From the NCBI GenBank assembly GCA_043228905.1, contig JBHGNT010000004.1, positions 17,422,001 to 17,486,000 on the forward strand: 64,000 bases of DNA. Direction: 5' to 3'. Position numbers and translations under genes: made by a program. The notes under the pieces are model-generated. The model did no database searches and was not told the DNA's origin. It worked only from the letters and a program-made list of their open reading frames with translations. Within the stretch, counting starts at the first letter, position 1, and each line of letters opens with the position of its first letter. Positions 50,501 through 62,500 of the stretch are shown piece after piece. Source of the stretch: Azolla caroliniana (taxonomy: Eukaryota; Plantae; Polypodiophyta).

Positions 50501-52857
50501 CGGCACCGACAACATTTCAACGAATCATCATGGAAATCTTTGGTGAATATATACCGGCTTTTATGCAGGTTTTCCTTGACGATTTCGCCGTCTATAGCCG
50601 GGAGGAGGACCATTTTCAGCACCTCCGTCTTTGTCTAGAAAAGTGTAGAGCGTACCGGCTAAGCTTGAATCCGGCAAAGTGTGTATTTGGCGTGTCCAGT
50701 GGAACCTTATTAGGACATATTGTGAGCCAAGAAGGTATTGCAGTCGACCCGGACAAAGTGAAAGCCATATTAGAAGCACGGGCGCCGGTAATGGCAAAGG
50801 CATTAAGCCGGTTCTTAGGCCAGATCCGGTGGCACAACCGGATGCTCCGATACTTGGCCGACCTGGTTACACCGTTGCATGCCGCTGTACATCGGACACC
50901 ATTCCAGTGTACCGACACAGAGGATAGGGCGTATAGGGCCCTCAAGGTACTATTGTCGCAGGCACCGGTAGTGCAGCCTCCGGATTGGAGTAAAGAATTT
51001 CACGTGTTCGTGGACGCCTCCGACATCGCAATCGGAAGCGTACTAATGCAGCTTACGGAACCAAAGTGGTACCGGCCAGTGTACTATGCCAGCCGGAAGC
51101 TATCCCAAGCAGAACGGAACTAGTCTACTACGGAACGGGAAGCTCTAGGGATGATCTACAGTGTGACAAAGTTTTGGCATTATTTGTTGGGAAGGAAGTT
51201 TTCCTTCCATGTAGATCATTCGGCACTCCTTTACCTGGTGTCCAAAGCGTCACTCACCGGCAAGTTGGCCCGGTGGACCTTACTGTTACAGGAGTTTGAG
51301 TTTGAAATATTCCACCGACCCAGTATACAGCATGCCGTGGCGGATTACTTAAGCCGATTAGAGTCCGGAGAGACGGGTGACGGAGTAGCGGATGAGTTTC
51401 CGGATGCAGAGCTTTTTCGAGTCACTACGGAGACGACAACAGATGAGACGGTGGCACAAGAAGACAAATGGCTCACAAATATGCACCAGTTTTTGAGCAC
51501 AGGACTGCCTCCGGAAGAGATGAACCGGGACGAACGGAAACGCCTGGCGGTGCAAAGCCGGCATTTCTGCTTACTGCAAGACACACTATACCACAAGGGC
51601 GCGGACGGCATATGGAGATGGGCGGTGCGCAGCGATGAAAAGGAACTGATACTGAGGGAAGCCCACTGCGGAGTGGCTGGAGGTCACTATGCCGGAGATG
51701 CGACGGCCAGAAAAATATGGCAAAGTGGCCTATGGTGGCCAACGACATTAAGAGATGCGGTACGGTACGCAAAAGAATGTGACCTATGCCAGAGAATGGG
51801 CCAGCCAACGGAGCAGGCTCGTATGCCACACCAGCCGGTACTACCACTTGAGCCATTCCAAAAGTGGGGGCTGGACTTTGTAGGACCGTTCAAGCCACCG
51901 GCAATGAGAACGGGTAATCGGTACGTTATCGTTGCTACGGATTACTGCACGAAATGGGTGGAGGCCAAAGCTTTACGGGATAACACCGCTGCGTCAACGG
52001 CAAAGTTTCTATATGAGTACATCTGGTGCCGTTACGGATGCCCCATTGAATTGATAAGTGACCAAGGGGGGCACTTTCTCGGACAAGTAGTGGAAAGCCT
52101 GATGACCTTCTATGCCGTTGTACACAAACGGAGCACACCTTACTATCCACATGCGAACGGTTTAGCGGAATCAACAAACAAGACGCTCCAGAATATCCTC
52201 CGGAAGATCGTCAACGAAAACCGGACGGATTGGGACACAAAGCTACATAGCGCGCTTTGGGCATACCAGACGGCATACAAAACGAGCATCTGAACAACAC
52301 CGTTCCGGTTAGCGTTCGGACTAGAGGCGGTCATGCCGGTAGAATTCCAAGTACCTAGCTTACGGATCTAGCTACGGGAACGGCTGAACGAGAAGGAGTC
52401 GGAGGCAATAAGGTTGACAGCGCTGTGTGAGCTCGAGGAACAACGACTGGCTAGCATCCTACATTTAGAATTGGAGCAATGGCGACAGAAAGCATTTGTC
52501 GACCGACACAGGAAAGGTAACGAAAAAATGTTCGCAATCGGCAAACCGGTGTTAGTATTCCAAACCCGGATGGGCAAGATGCCAGGTAAGCTACGGTTTA
52601 GATGGACCGGACCATATTGGCTAACACGGGAGTATAATGGGTCCTACCAGTTAGGGACACTTGCCGGCGAAGTGCTAGGCAAATGGGTCAACAGATTCCG
52701 GTTAAAGGCATATAGAGGACCGATGCCTAAGAATCCATTTGAGCGAAGGACCGACACCAGTGAGGGAAACGGCAACCACCAAGATGGCAGAGAAGGCGAG
52801 CCGGTAACTGGGGAGAATGAGGCCGGTAAGGGTCCGAGAGGACCAACAGACAAGTGA
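47563..52857 (+). pseudogene. gag-pol of element E: single frame with five premature stops
   Basis: gag with zinc knuckles, protease IDGGSG (C-terminal half apparently deleted), RT (CVDYRKLN, FLDD), RH, INT (WGLDFVGP). Stops at 48247, 48910, 51121, 52291 and 52368. Confidence 0.92.
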
Positions 52858-53227
52858 CGTCACACTAATAATAATAATAACTGGAAAAAAAAAAACAATC
52901 ATGCAAAAGCGAGGAATGAATGGATGAAAGAGCGAGGAGCGAAAAGGTACGTAGTGGGCATTTAAAGCGCCACCACAGGACATAATGCTATTTTAAGTAC
53001 GCGACATGTACACACTCGAAAAAGGCGCCAGAATGCACAGGCAAAAACCACTGCGCGTAGAGACCCTCTAGTTTCGCGAACCCAGGAGCACAGAAGCACC
53101 AAGACGTTGCAAGATCATCAGACGAGATCCTGCGCACAGAGAACCCCCGCCTTCTGAACTCTCTCTTTCTCAACCTCACTCTCATCACCATCCAACCTCG
53201 CCACCGCCATCTGACCTCGACACAGAC

Positions 53228-55983
53228 ATGGACCCGCAAACGCTGTCGGAAGCCGCCAAGACATGGCTGAAGCAACACGGGCTCGAGGGCTTCTTGATGA
53301 TGATGGAAGTACCGCCACACAAAGAAGCCGACAAAGTGATCAAGGAAATCGATACAGAGGTCATAACGGCAGAGGCGATTCGAGCGTTAACAGGCCTTCC
53401 GGAGGGAGGCATACTCACGATCGACAATCCAACCCCGGAGCAACTCATCAGGTATTTTGGTGAGTACTCTCTAGCCAGCAAGGGCTACCGGACACAAGGC
53501 GGCGGAGATATGCTGTTCCGCGAAATTGCTCGTGTGCTCCATGAATACGACCACGTGTACCCTAGACCCCCTGTCATGCCGCAGAACCGGGCAGGGATGA
53601 TCATCGCCACCTATGAAGGGATCAAGGTGGATTGGCCGGTATTGATCGCAGACAGGTTGTGTGCGGTGATCAAGATCGTCAGAGGCAAAGATGGCAAAGA
53701 AGGCCGAGACGGACGGAGGATATGGCACGCCGTAACGCAGTGGCTCACCTTGCTTGTGCCACCCGTCCAGACCGTCCAGCCCAAGAAGCGAGGAAGACTG
53801 GCGGACGACACCCCAAGGACGGCTTCCAAACGACAACAGCTGTTGGCCTCTAAGGCCACTAAGGGAAAGGCGGCAGCAGGAAGCGGCAGCCAAAAGCGCC
53901 CAACAGAGGCGCAAGAGGAACCACCGGCACGGCCCGTAAAGGTCACACTCCGCCGACCGGTGAATAGAGAAGCGGACCCCTTGGCGGCAAAACTCAATGC
54001 CGGAGCTCAGGAGGAGGAAATAGAGGAGGAGCCTACGGAGCACCTCCAGCGACGGTCGTCGGCAAGGACTGTTGAGGCAGCCGGGAAACGTTCGGACCCT
54101 CAGACGGAGGGAACACCGGCTCCCCATATTGAGACTCCCATGCCAAGGAAGGAACCGGAATCGGTGCATATGGAACCAGAAACAGAAGCCCCGGCACCAC
54201 CGACACCACCGGCAAGTCCCATCCCGCCAGAGTCGGAAAGGTCAATGCAGCCTCCCTCGGTCAGCCAAGAAGAAGCGCAAGGGGAACCAGGACAGCAGGG
54301 TGGCCCACAGGCAGAAACGGAACTGCAACTCGGCGCAACCAGGCGGGACCACCCCTCTACAAGTGAGCCCATATGTCAAACCTCCGTGCAAGCACAACAA
54401 GGCACCGGTAGCCTGTGGCTCCGGTGGATAGGCGAACAGATAGCCGGAGCAATGGGGTATATTGAGGCGGAAGAAAGAGCGCAAAGCGAACGGTTGCTCG
54501 TCACAACCGAACAACTAGAGACGGCCCGGTCCAGAATCCGGTGCCTTGAAAAAGACTTGGATCAGGTCACGACAGAGATGGCCAAACTACGGATCCAATC
54601 ACCGGTGACTCCAGTAAGTGTACAAAATAAAGAAACGGAACGACTTGTACATAGCAATAAGACCCCGGCAACGGAAACCGTTCCGGCGAGAGATGCGGCG
54701 CAAGCTCAGGAGCTTGCGGAATTGAGAGATGAACTTGCCGCACAAGAAGCGCTAAGGAGCCGTGAACGAGAATTGAAGATGGCGGCCGAAGCCGAATTAA
54801 AGAAGACTGCTGAGAACCTCCGCCGGGCAGAGGAGAGCCTCCGGAAAGGCCATCAAGCGTACGACCGGCTAAAGGAGGAGAAAGACAAAGTGCTGCAGGA
54901 AAAGGACAAGCTGCGGAAAATGGCGGAAACAGAGATTGAACGGCTAAAGGAAGAGCTCCGCCAGCAGAAGGACCGCGAGGACCAGGCCCGTCGTCAGATC
55001 AACGCACGGCTCAAGCAAAAGACGGATGATTTTGAGCACCTGCACCGGGACTACAAACGGCTGGAAACGGAGCATAAAGAACGGATGGCCGAGCTCCAAC
55101 AGGCAGTTGATTGGGCCGCGACGGCAATCGCCGACGAACGGGCGGGAAATACAAGACGCTTGGACGAGGCGGAGAAGGTCCGGATGGAGCTCCAGAGGCA
55201 GCAGCAGGAAGACAAAGAGAGAGCGTCAACAGTATTGCAGAAATTACAAAGCACATATCAAAGGCAATTGACGCATTACAAGGCGCAGGCGGATGACAAC
55301 ATCAAAATCATCAAACAACTGAAGGAGGAACGGCAAGCGGCGGAAACCAAATCGCAATTGGGAACGAGCCGGATTCAGTCCATCCTCCGGGCATGGCTGA
55401 ATCAAACAAAACACTTGATTGATGAAAGCTCCGTAAAATGGTGGACAAAGTGGGCACAAAACGCGGCGGAACTCCAGTTGCTACGAGCGGATGTGGCAAA
55501 CCGGCGGAAGGAAGGAGATGACTGTTATACGTTGACTTCCGAGGACTTCACCGCCATACGGGCGAGCTGGCCGACGACTTCCAAGTCCTAGCGGATGAAC
55601 AACTGGCGCGGGTCAGGCAGCTCGTAGCTCAGCTGGACGATGATAGGCTGGATGCTCAAATCCAGTTTGAAAGCTACGAGCGGTCTCGGGTGCGGGAAGA
55701 AAAAGCACGGGAAGCGGCAACGGTTAACCTTAGTGATGAGGAACCGTCGCCGGTTGAGGGCCAGACAGGAACCAGTCAACCGGAGACCACTACGACACAG
55801 GGAGCAATGACGGAGACGCCGGTGTCAGAGCCACAAACGGAGGAGCAGCCGCAGCAACCACCAACGGACCCGCCGCAGCAGACAACAACAGAGCAACAAC
55901 AACAACAACAACAACAACCACTTCCAGATGAACCATTGGAGCCTCTCGAACAAAGCATTCTAGACATTTTGGACGAAGAATAG
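53228..55983 (+). pseudogene. extra ORF of element E (globular N-terminus, Pro/acidic linker, long coiled coil); one frameshift near 55560
   Basis: 787-aa ORF at 53228-55591. The alternative frame continues GELADDFQVL...REEKARE...DILDEE* to 55983, just before the 3' LTR. Confidence 0.8.
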
Positions 55984-57164
55984 CAAGGGTCGGTTGTGGA
56001 TTCGACGTACAAGGTACTGTCCCACGGGCGTGCCATGTGTTACCGGCCGGCAAAGGAGTCCAGAGTGGGAAACGAAGAGCTAATTAAGTAGTAGGAATGT
56101 GGTTGTAATTAAGCTATGAGTGTGGACGGACGGACCGGAAACGGTATGCCGTTCCGGATCCGGACCGATCCCGAACAGGTGCGGATGGCACCATTTTGTA
56201 ATACAGACCGGAAACCTATTTAAAGGCCCAGATACAATGTAATAGTTAGCGGTTAATTAATGAAAGCTTAAGCGTTGTTATCTCTCTGTGTTAATTGCCG
56301 TTCTGTCGTAATTGTTATATCTTACGCGTGTTATGAAAGACGATCCTAATAAGTAACTTAATTAAGTCGGATTAAGCGTTGAAGTCTAATCTGGTTGCCG
56401 TAACACCCTTTGGTGAAGTGTCTCCCGTAGACACCCTGTGTTAGGCCATTGTCCGGCCCGAAGAGTTAACATGGATGGTAGCCGGAAGAGAGTTTGCAAG
56501 AAGTATGTAAGAGTTTGAACATGTGTCACCAAAATTTTGAGATGAACTGGGGACCCCGATCACTGATAATATCATCAGGAAGACCATGATGCCGAAACAC
56601 CTCTCGCATGAGTAACTCAGCTATAATCATGGAATATCCTAGAATGTTCTAGAATACTCTAGATTGTTCTGGAATACTCTAGAATGTTCTAGAATACTCT
56701 AAATGTCTTGTAATAACTAATAATACATTTATTATAACTATACATCATATATGTTAGTATAATGGTTAAAGGTCTAACATATAGACCAAGACGTCTTGGG
56801 CTCGAATCCTTGTAAGGCCAAAATGTATGTCGTCATGACAACCGCCCGCCATATTCGACGAGTCTCTAGATGTCCAATAGAGTATGTCAGATTGATTCTA
56901 TTGCATCGGGGCATGATACTATTGCATTGGGGCATGATACACAATTAGGAGAGCTAAGATTCCCCCGTTGCCACACTCCAATCGATAGTGACCTACGTAT
57001 TAATAGGCATTGAAACGTGGTAATTCGCTTAACTTGTTGTTTCCATAATTGCTGCCAAAACTGGGCAATAGTTGTATGGGGAACATGATATGTGCTATAT
57101 CTTTACAATAGTCGATTCTCTATTAGTTTGAGCAGCTAGGATGTGGTGACTCAATTTGGTCATG

Positions 57165-58133
57165 AATTGGCGACATGTCATAGTTTACGTGTAACTATTG
57201 GATACACGAGCAAATTTGAACCTTTAACTTCATTAGAGTGCTCCTTGATCCGTTGCTTTTTTATTTCGTCGAATAACCAACAATTATGTACTCAATTGCA
57301 TTCATGAACCGAAATGTCAGTCCTCTATTCACGTTGGTTTTTATCCTATCAATAACAAGTAAGGAACCAGTAGACACAATTCAGAATTAAGTAGAAAGAA
57401 TCATAGACAAATAAATTTATTCGATTAGTCACAATATATAATCCTTACCAAGCAAGGTTCTTGATGCATTGGCAACGAGATCTCAATGCTTGAGCCATAG
57501 AGTACCCTTGGTCCATGCTATGAAACACAACGATACTCCACAAGGATGTTGTGGTTAGTTCCGCGAAATCTTTTACCATTTTTTCTAGCTATTTGGACTT
57601 GAATGGTTCATCATCATAAGAGGAACCTGCCATCTGAAAACCATAAGGTATATCTACAATAAGTTGAATATAGTCCTCCTTTGGTAGTTTCAGATTCATC
57701 TCTGTTACATCTCCATAGAAGACATTATAGTATGTCTCTAGTGATGTCCTTTTTGCGGTTGAATATCTTGAAAGTTCCGTCGTCTTCAACATCGTACGCT
57801 TTCACTAAGCGCCAATCCTTTTCTTTCCTAACTCTTTCAAGATGTGCAAGGAAGGACGTTAGAAAGTCGTGTATATCCTTGACCTCTCCTGGTTTCTTCC
57901 CACGACAAGGTTTCTAATAGTTACAACAACAAAAAAATCAAGCTAGTTAACAATAACAATATTTACCATAGTAGAATGCCAAATAAAAGAAAAATACTAA
58001 ACCAATCCTTGAATGCAATAAAGTACTCCGACAATGCCTGATAAGAAGACGTCAGTGGATAATCTTCGGTCACTTGCTCCTAAGTAATGTATCCAAGTTG
58101 CTTCATCATAACTTCTTGGATCTTCATATATAC
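57165..58133 (-). pseudogene. intron-containing beta-class N6-adenine/N4-cytosine DNA methyltransferase-like pseudogene fragment
   Basis: Exons ~58133-58003, 57913-57449 and 57345-~57165, with a GT-AG intron at 57448-57346. Spliced peptide: VFYGDVTEMNLKLPKEDYIQLIVDIPYGF...KMVKDFAELT..SLWSIVVFHS...ALRSR...KNLAW|IKTNV...RFMNAIEYIIVGY. Contains stops and frameshifts. Confidence 0.7.
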
Positions 58134-59438
58134 CTTATAATGGTTGTAAAATCAATAAGTACCTATTACAAGTACCTATTATCCAACATATCAATGAAAA
58201 CATGAAAGATCCAATTCTAATAAGAGGTAGTGTGACCTCAAGACAAAAGAAAAGAGAGAATTTGTTGTAAAGCCTAGATTTTTTGTTCTAGGGATAAGAA
58301 AATAGGTGTTTTAAGGATTGGAAGAGAATATGGGGTCTTCAAAAAGTCAATATGAAAAATCTAGTCAGAAATGTTTAATTTTTAAGAAGAAAAGCCTTAA
58401 TTTAGGCAAAATAGCTAATGGGGAGTACAAGTCTAAGGATCAGAAGAGAAATGGGGTCTCCAACAAGTCAATATGAGATGTAAGGATCATAAGAGAAATT
58501 GGGATCTCCAACAAGTCAATATGAGATTTTTTAGTCAAAACCATTATAATTTTATTAAAAAGGGCCTTAATTTAGGCAAAATAACTAGTGGGGTTTAACA
58601 TCAGAAATGTAATTCTCTAAAAAAGTGAGAAATTGATCAACAATTCGATACATTGTGTTAGGAAACAGGTCCCTCCGGATGGTGCAGACCCGGTAAGAAC
58701 CGGATGAGGAGTACCCGGAAATGGAAGACCCGGTGAGAACCGGATGACGAGTACCCGGGAAGCGCCAAATGATGCAGGCCTGGTGAGGAGTGCTCACCGG
58801 ATGAAGAGACATATTCGTAAATATGTTTCTGAGAGTCCATCGTGGCTGTATTTGTAAATAGCCGAAAAGTCATATTAGTATAAATATGACTTAGGGCAAA
58901 CTTAGTGAGCAATAGTCATTCTTGTTGGTGCAAGATTAGAACGCGTAACTGTGTACAGAGAGAGAGACAGAGAGAGGAAGAGGTCATTGCCTCTGTTGTA
59001 ACCGCCGCCTGTGGCGAAGATAGAAAGCTCAAGGTTGTTGCCTCGGTGCTTTACTGTTGTACACTGTAACATAGTGATAGTTTGCAGCCTGTGGGCTGCC
59101 GTGGTTTTTCCCTAGTTTGGGTTTTCCACGTAAACATCCTGTGTACTTTTCTCTCTATCGCATTGTGCTTTCATTCCCTGTTTTCTATGTTTTATTCTAG
59201 GCTCGGTTGTGGCCGAGCGTTGTTCATCGGGAGCGTGCAGTTCCTGTCAAAGTGGTATCAGAGCAAAACGACACAGAAAATGGACGATTCGTTGGGAGGC
59301 ATGTTCAAGCTCACCGGCTCCAACTATTCGGTGTGGAAGTCGAAGATGAGGGACATGCTTGTGGTTAAAGATCTTTGGTTGCCGGTTCAGTTTGGGGACA
59401 AGAGACCGGACAAAATCGACGCCACGATATGGGAGGTG

Positions 59439-59527
59439 TGTTGGAGACAAGGTCGTCTATGCGGAAGATCAAGAAGCATTCGATTCTTTTCTGTACCTAG
59501 CGTATGACAGTTTCTAGGTCGTTGCAC

Positions 59528-59564
<37 letters not shown>

Positions 59565-62500
59565 CACAAAAACGACTCTTTCTATTCCATAAAGCAATAA
59601 TACAACCCAACCTTACAAAAAGGTTACAAGGTCACTATATATAGTGACAGACTTAGGGCATCTACCATTTATGCTAATTACACAAATGGCCCAAACTTGA
59701 TCTATACAAAGGGATAGTGTGAATACGTCCATTATACACTTGTATTCGACACTCCCCCGTAATGGGCGTATACATGGGTTATCTAAGATTACAGGCATAA
59801 ACCTAGGTTCTCGGACATATCAGTTTTGTTCGAGTCGGCAGGGTCCGAAGGCAGAAGACCGAACTGGTCGGGTCGGAAGAGTTGAAGCCGATCATTAAGG
59901 AACTGATGTCGGTTGTCGGAAACCATCCTGCGATGTGTCCGGCTCTAACCGGACTGGTTTGTCGTTACGCCCATCTGATGCCGAAGGGACCGAAAGCGGT
60001 CTGCCGAAAGACACTTGGTCATTCCATCTGCGACATTGTCGGTTGTGGATATTTTCTCTAGACCAATTTTCCCTGAAATGACGCAGTCCCGAACGAAGTG
60101 ATATCGAACGTCGATATGTTTGGAGGCGTTGTGGTGAACCGGATTTCTCGACAAGGCAACAGCACCTTGACTGTCGCTATAGACAACTGGGGCCGAGTCA
60201 TGGTCGACTTGTCGAAACGTGTGCGCCAGCCGACCGAGCCACAAAGCTTCTTTTGCAGCGTCGGACGCAGCTACATATTCTGCTTCGGTCGTTGAGGTCG
60301 CTGTGCACTCCTGAAGTTTCGACTTCCACGAAATTGCTCCATTGCCGAATTTGAAGCAGTATCCAGTTGTTGATTTCCGACTGTCTATACAGCCGGCGAA
60401 GTCTGAGTCGGTGTAACCGACTACGCCTGAGGTTCGGTTCGGACCGAAAAGAATGTCGTGGTCTTTTGTGCCAGCCAGATATCTAAACACATGCTTGACT
60501 GCGTTCCAATGCGATCGGCCAGGATTGTGCATAAATCTGCTAACGACTCCTACGGCATGAGAAATATCAGGCCGTGTCGCGACCATCAGGTACATAAGGG
60601 AGCCGACTGCCGAGGTGCAAGTTTTCGGCGATCATCTTTCGGAATAAGGGCGTACGCCTCGCATCCGAAGATCCTCAGCTTGTCGTAATTCGGCTTACTG
60701 CCGATCCATAGTTCCTGAGGAATTTGAAGTCCTAGAGGTCTGCTTGGCGACATATTGATTATGTGTACTGCCGTGAGTAGAGCCTCTGCTCAGAAGCCAT
60801 CTGACAGTCCGGAGTGTTGGAGCATGGAACCTATCCGTTCTTGGATTGTCCGATTCATGCGTTCGGCAATCCCGTTTTGCTCCGGACTGTGTGGTGCCGT
60901 AAATTCACGTCGGATGCCGCGTTGTCGGCAGAATTTGACGAATTCTTCTGATTTGAACTCTCCCCCATTGTCGGTCCGAAAGCATTTCAGTTTTCGGTCG
61001 GTTTGATTTTCTACCATAGCGAGCCAATCGGAGAAGATCGAGAAGACACGATCTTTGGTGCGAATTGGATAACCCACACCTTTCGAGTCGAATCGTCAAT
61101 AAAACTGACGAAGTAAGAGGCACCGCCGAGAGATTGATGCGGCATTGGGCCACAGACGTCCGAGTGGACCAAATCGAGAGGTCTCGTTTCTCTTGGTGCT
61201 GATGTCGGGTGTGATGCGGCTGCTTGTTTGCCATACTGGCAATGCTCGCAGAATTGATGGTCGGAGAAGGAGAGTTTAGGGATGTATCCGGCTCTAGATA
61301 GATGCGTAATGCCGGCCTTGCTGAGGTGTCCTAATCTTCTGTGCCATAGTGATGACACAGGAATATCCACCAAAAACAGGTTACCCTCTCTGAGCGTAAC
61401 ATGTAACGGATACAGTGAGTGTATCTTGGGTCCTCTAGCAAGCAGGAGGTTCCCCCTGTGGAGTGTCCACCCTCCTGAAGAAAAACCGGCACGAATGCCG
61501 TCTTCATCTAGTTGTCCGACTGAGATCAGTGGCCTTGAGAGCTCGGGTACATGTCGGACATTGTGAAGTACAAGTGTAGAGCCACCTGCAAGGTTGAGCT
61601 CTACTGTGCCGATTCCAATGATGTCACAGTGTTGCGAGTTACCGACTCGAACTGAGTCGGAGTGACGGATCGTATATTGCCGAAATTGGGATCGATGAGG
61701 AGTCACGTGAAATGACGCGCCCGAATCTAAGAGCCATGTGCTCGATTCTTCAGTCGTGAGCAGAACTTCTGATCCGACTGGATTTTCGATTGATAGTATA
61801 TTCGGGTCGTTTGGTAGCACATCAGCTGAGAAGCTGACGTAATTGATCTCCTCATGCCGGCCACTCTTCTTGTCTGATCTCTGAGACTTGTCGTTCTTGT
61901 TCTTGAGTGCGCGGCAGTCGGCTTTGATGTGTCCGGGTTTCTTGCAATAGTTGCAGATTCGATTATCCCGTGACTGGCTCCGTCTTCGCTGATTGTTCGG
62001 CGGCCGTGAGGAATCTCTTCCTCGTATGTTCGATCGGTCTGTCGAACCTTGTACTACGTAAGCGTCGTCTGTTGAGTCTTTGGCGAAAGACTTTCTCCGA
62101 GCTGCTTCGGTCAGGATTGCGCTCGTGACTTCGGAGTATTTAACAGCCGTGGTTGACGCGTTGCACACGGTTGTGACGAAAGTTTCCCATGATGAGGGAA
62201 GGCTGCTCATGAGTATCATTGCTCTGAGTTCATCCTCGATTGCCGTCCCCTGTGACGAGATTTGGGAGCTTATGCTTTCGTACTCATTGAGATGTGCTTG
62301 AACCGAATCGGATTCTTTCATCCGCAAGTTGTAGAGGCGCCGGATCAGAAACATCTTCGTTGCAGCGACCTTCTTTTCGTAGGTGTCCGACAGTGTTTTC
62401 CACAGTTCGAATGCTGTCGTACACGATTGCACCGTAAAGTATACCGATTCCGATAGGTGCATCCGAATCGTGGCGTGGACGATTCTGTCCAGCTTCTGCC

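Larger units (their letters stand above)
47080..56471 (+). mobile_element. Ty3/gypsy non-chromovirus element E (Phygy/Athila/Tat-like), full length, with an extra 3' ORF
   Basis: LTRs at 47080-47509 and 56038-56471. TSD TGGAT at 47075-47079 and 56472-56476. PBS TGGCGACCAC (tRNA-Arg-like) at 47517. Confidence 0.96.
45745..56840 (-). mobile_element. Ty3/gypsy chromovirus element C (Tcn1-like), internally deleted, interrupted by element E
   Basis: TSD ACCGC at 45740-45744 and 56841-56845. Complete 3' LTR at 45745-46243 with adjacent PPT. Integrase at 56472-56620 and 46250-47079, with chromodomain EYEVAAILDSK...YLVDWLGY...TWEP. 5' LTR truncated to ~56622-56840; gag and RT deleted. Confidence 0.93.
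45210..57165 (-). mobile_element. 5'-truncated L1 LINE (segments ~56841-57165 and ~45210-45744) split by element C
   Basis: zf-RVT-like FWQQLWK...NCVSCPNA...TRRIWRAVG reads across the ACCGC TSD into LLQLCQ...LWTLWKQ..VVFN...IRWNYQVP, followed by an A-rich tail. Confidence 0.7.

Noticed and set aside
47660-55499. Many antisense and overlapping ORFs within element E (and similarly in A, B and D)
   Set aside because: Shadow ORFs of GC-rich retroelement coding sequence with no independent motifs.
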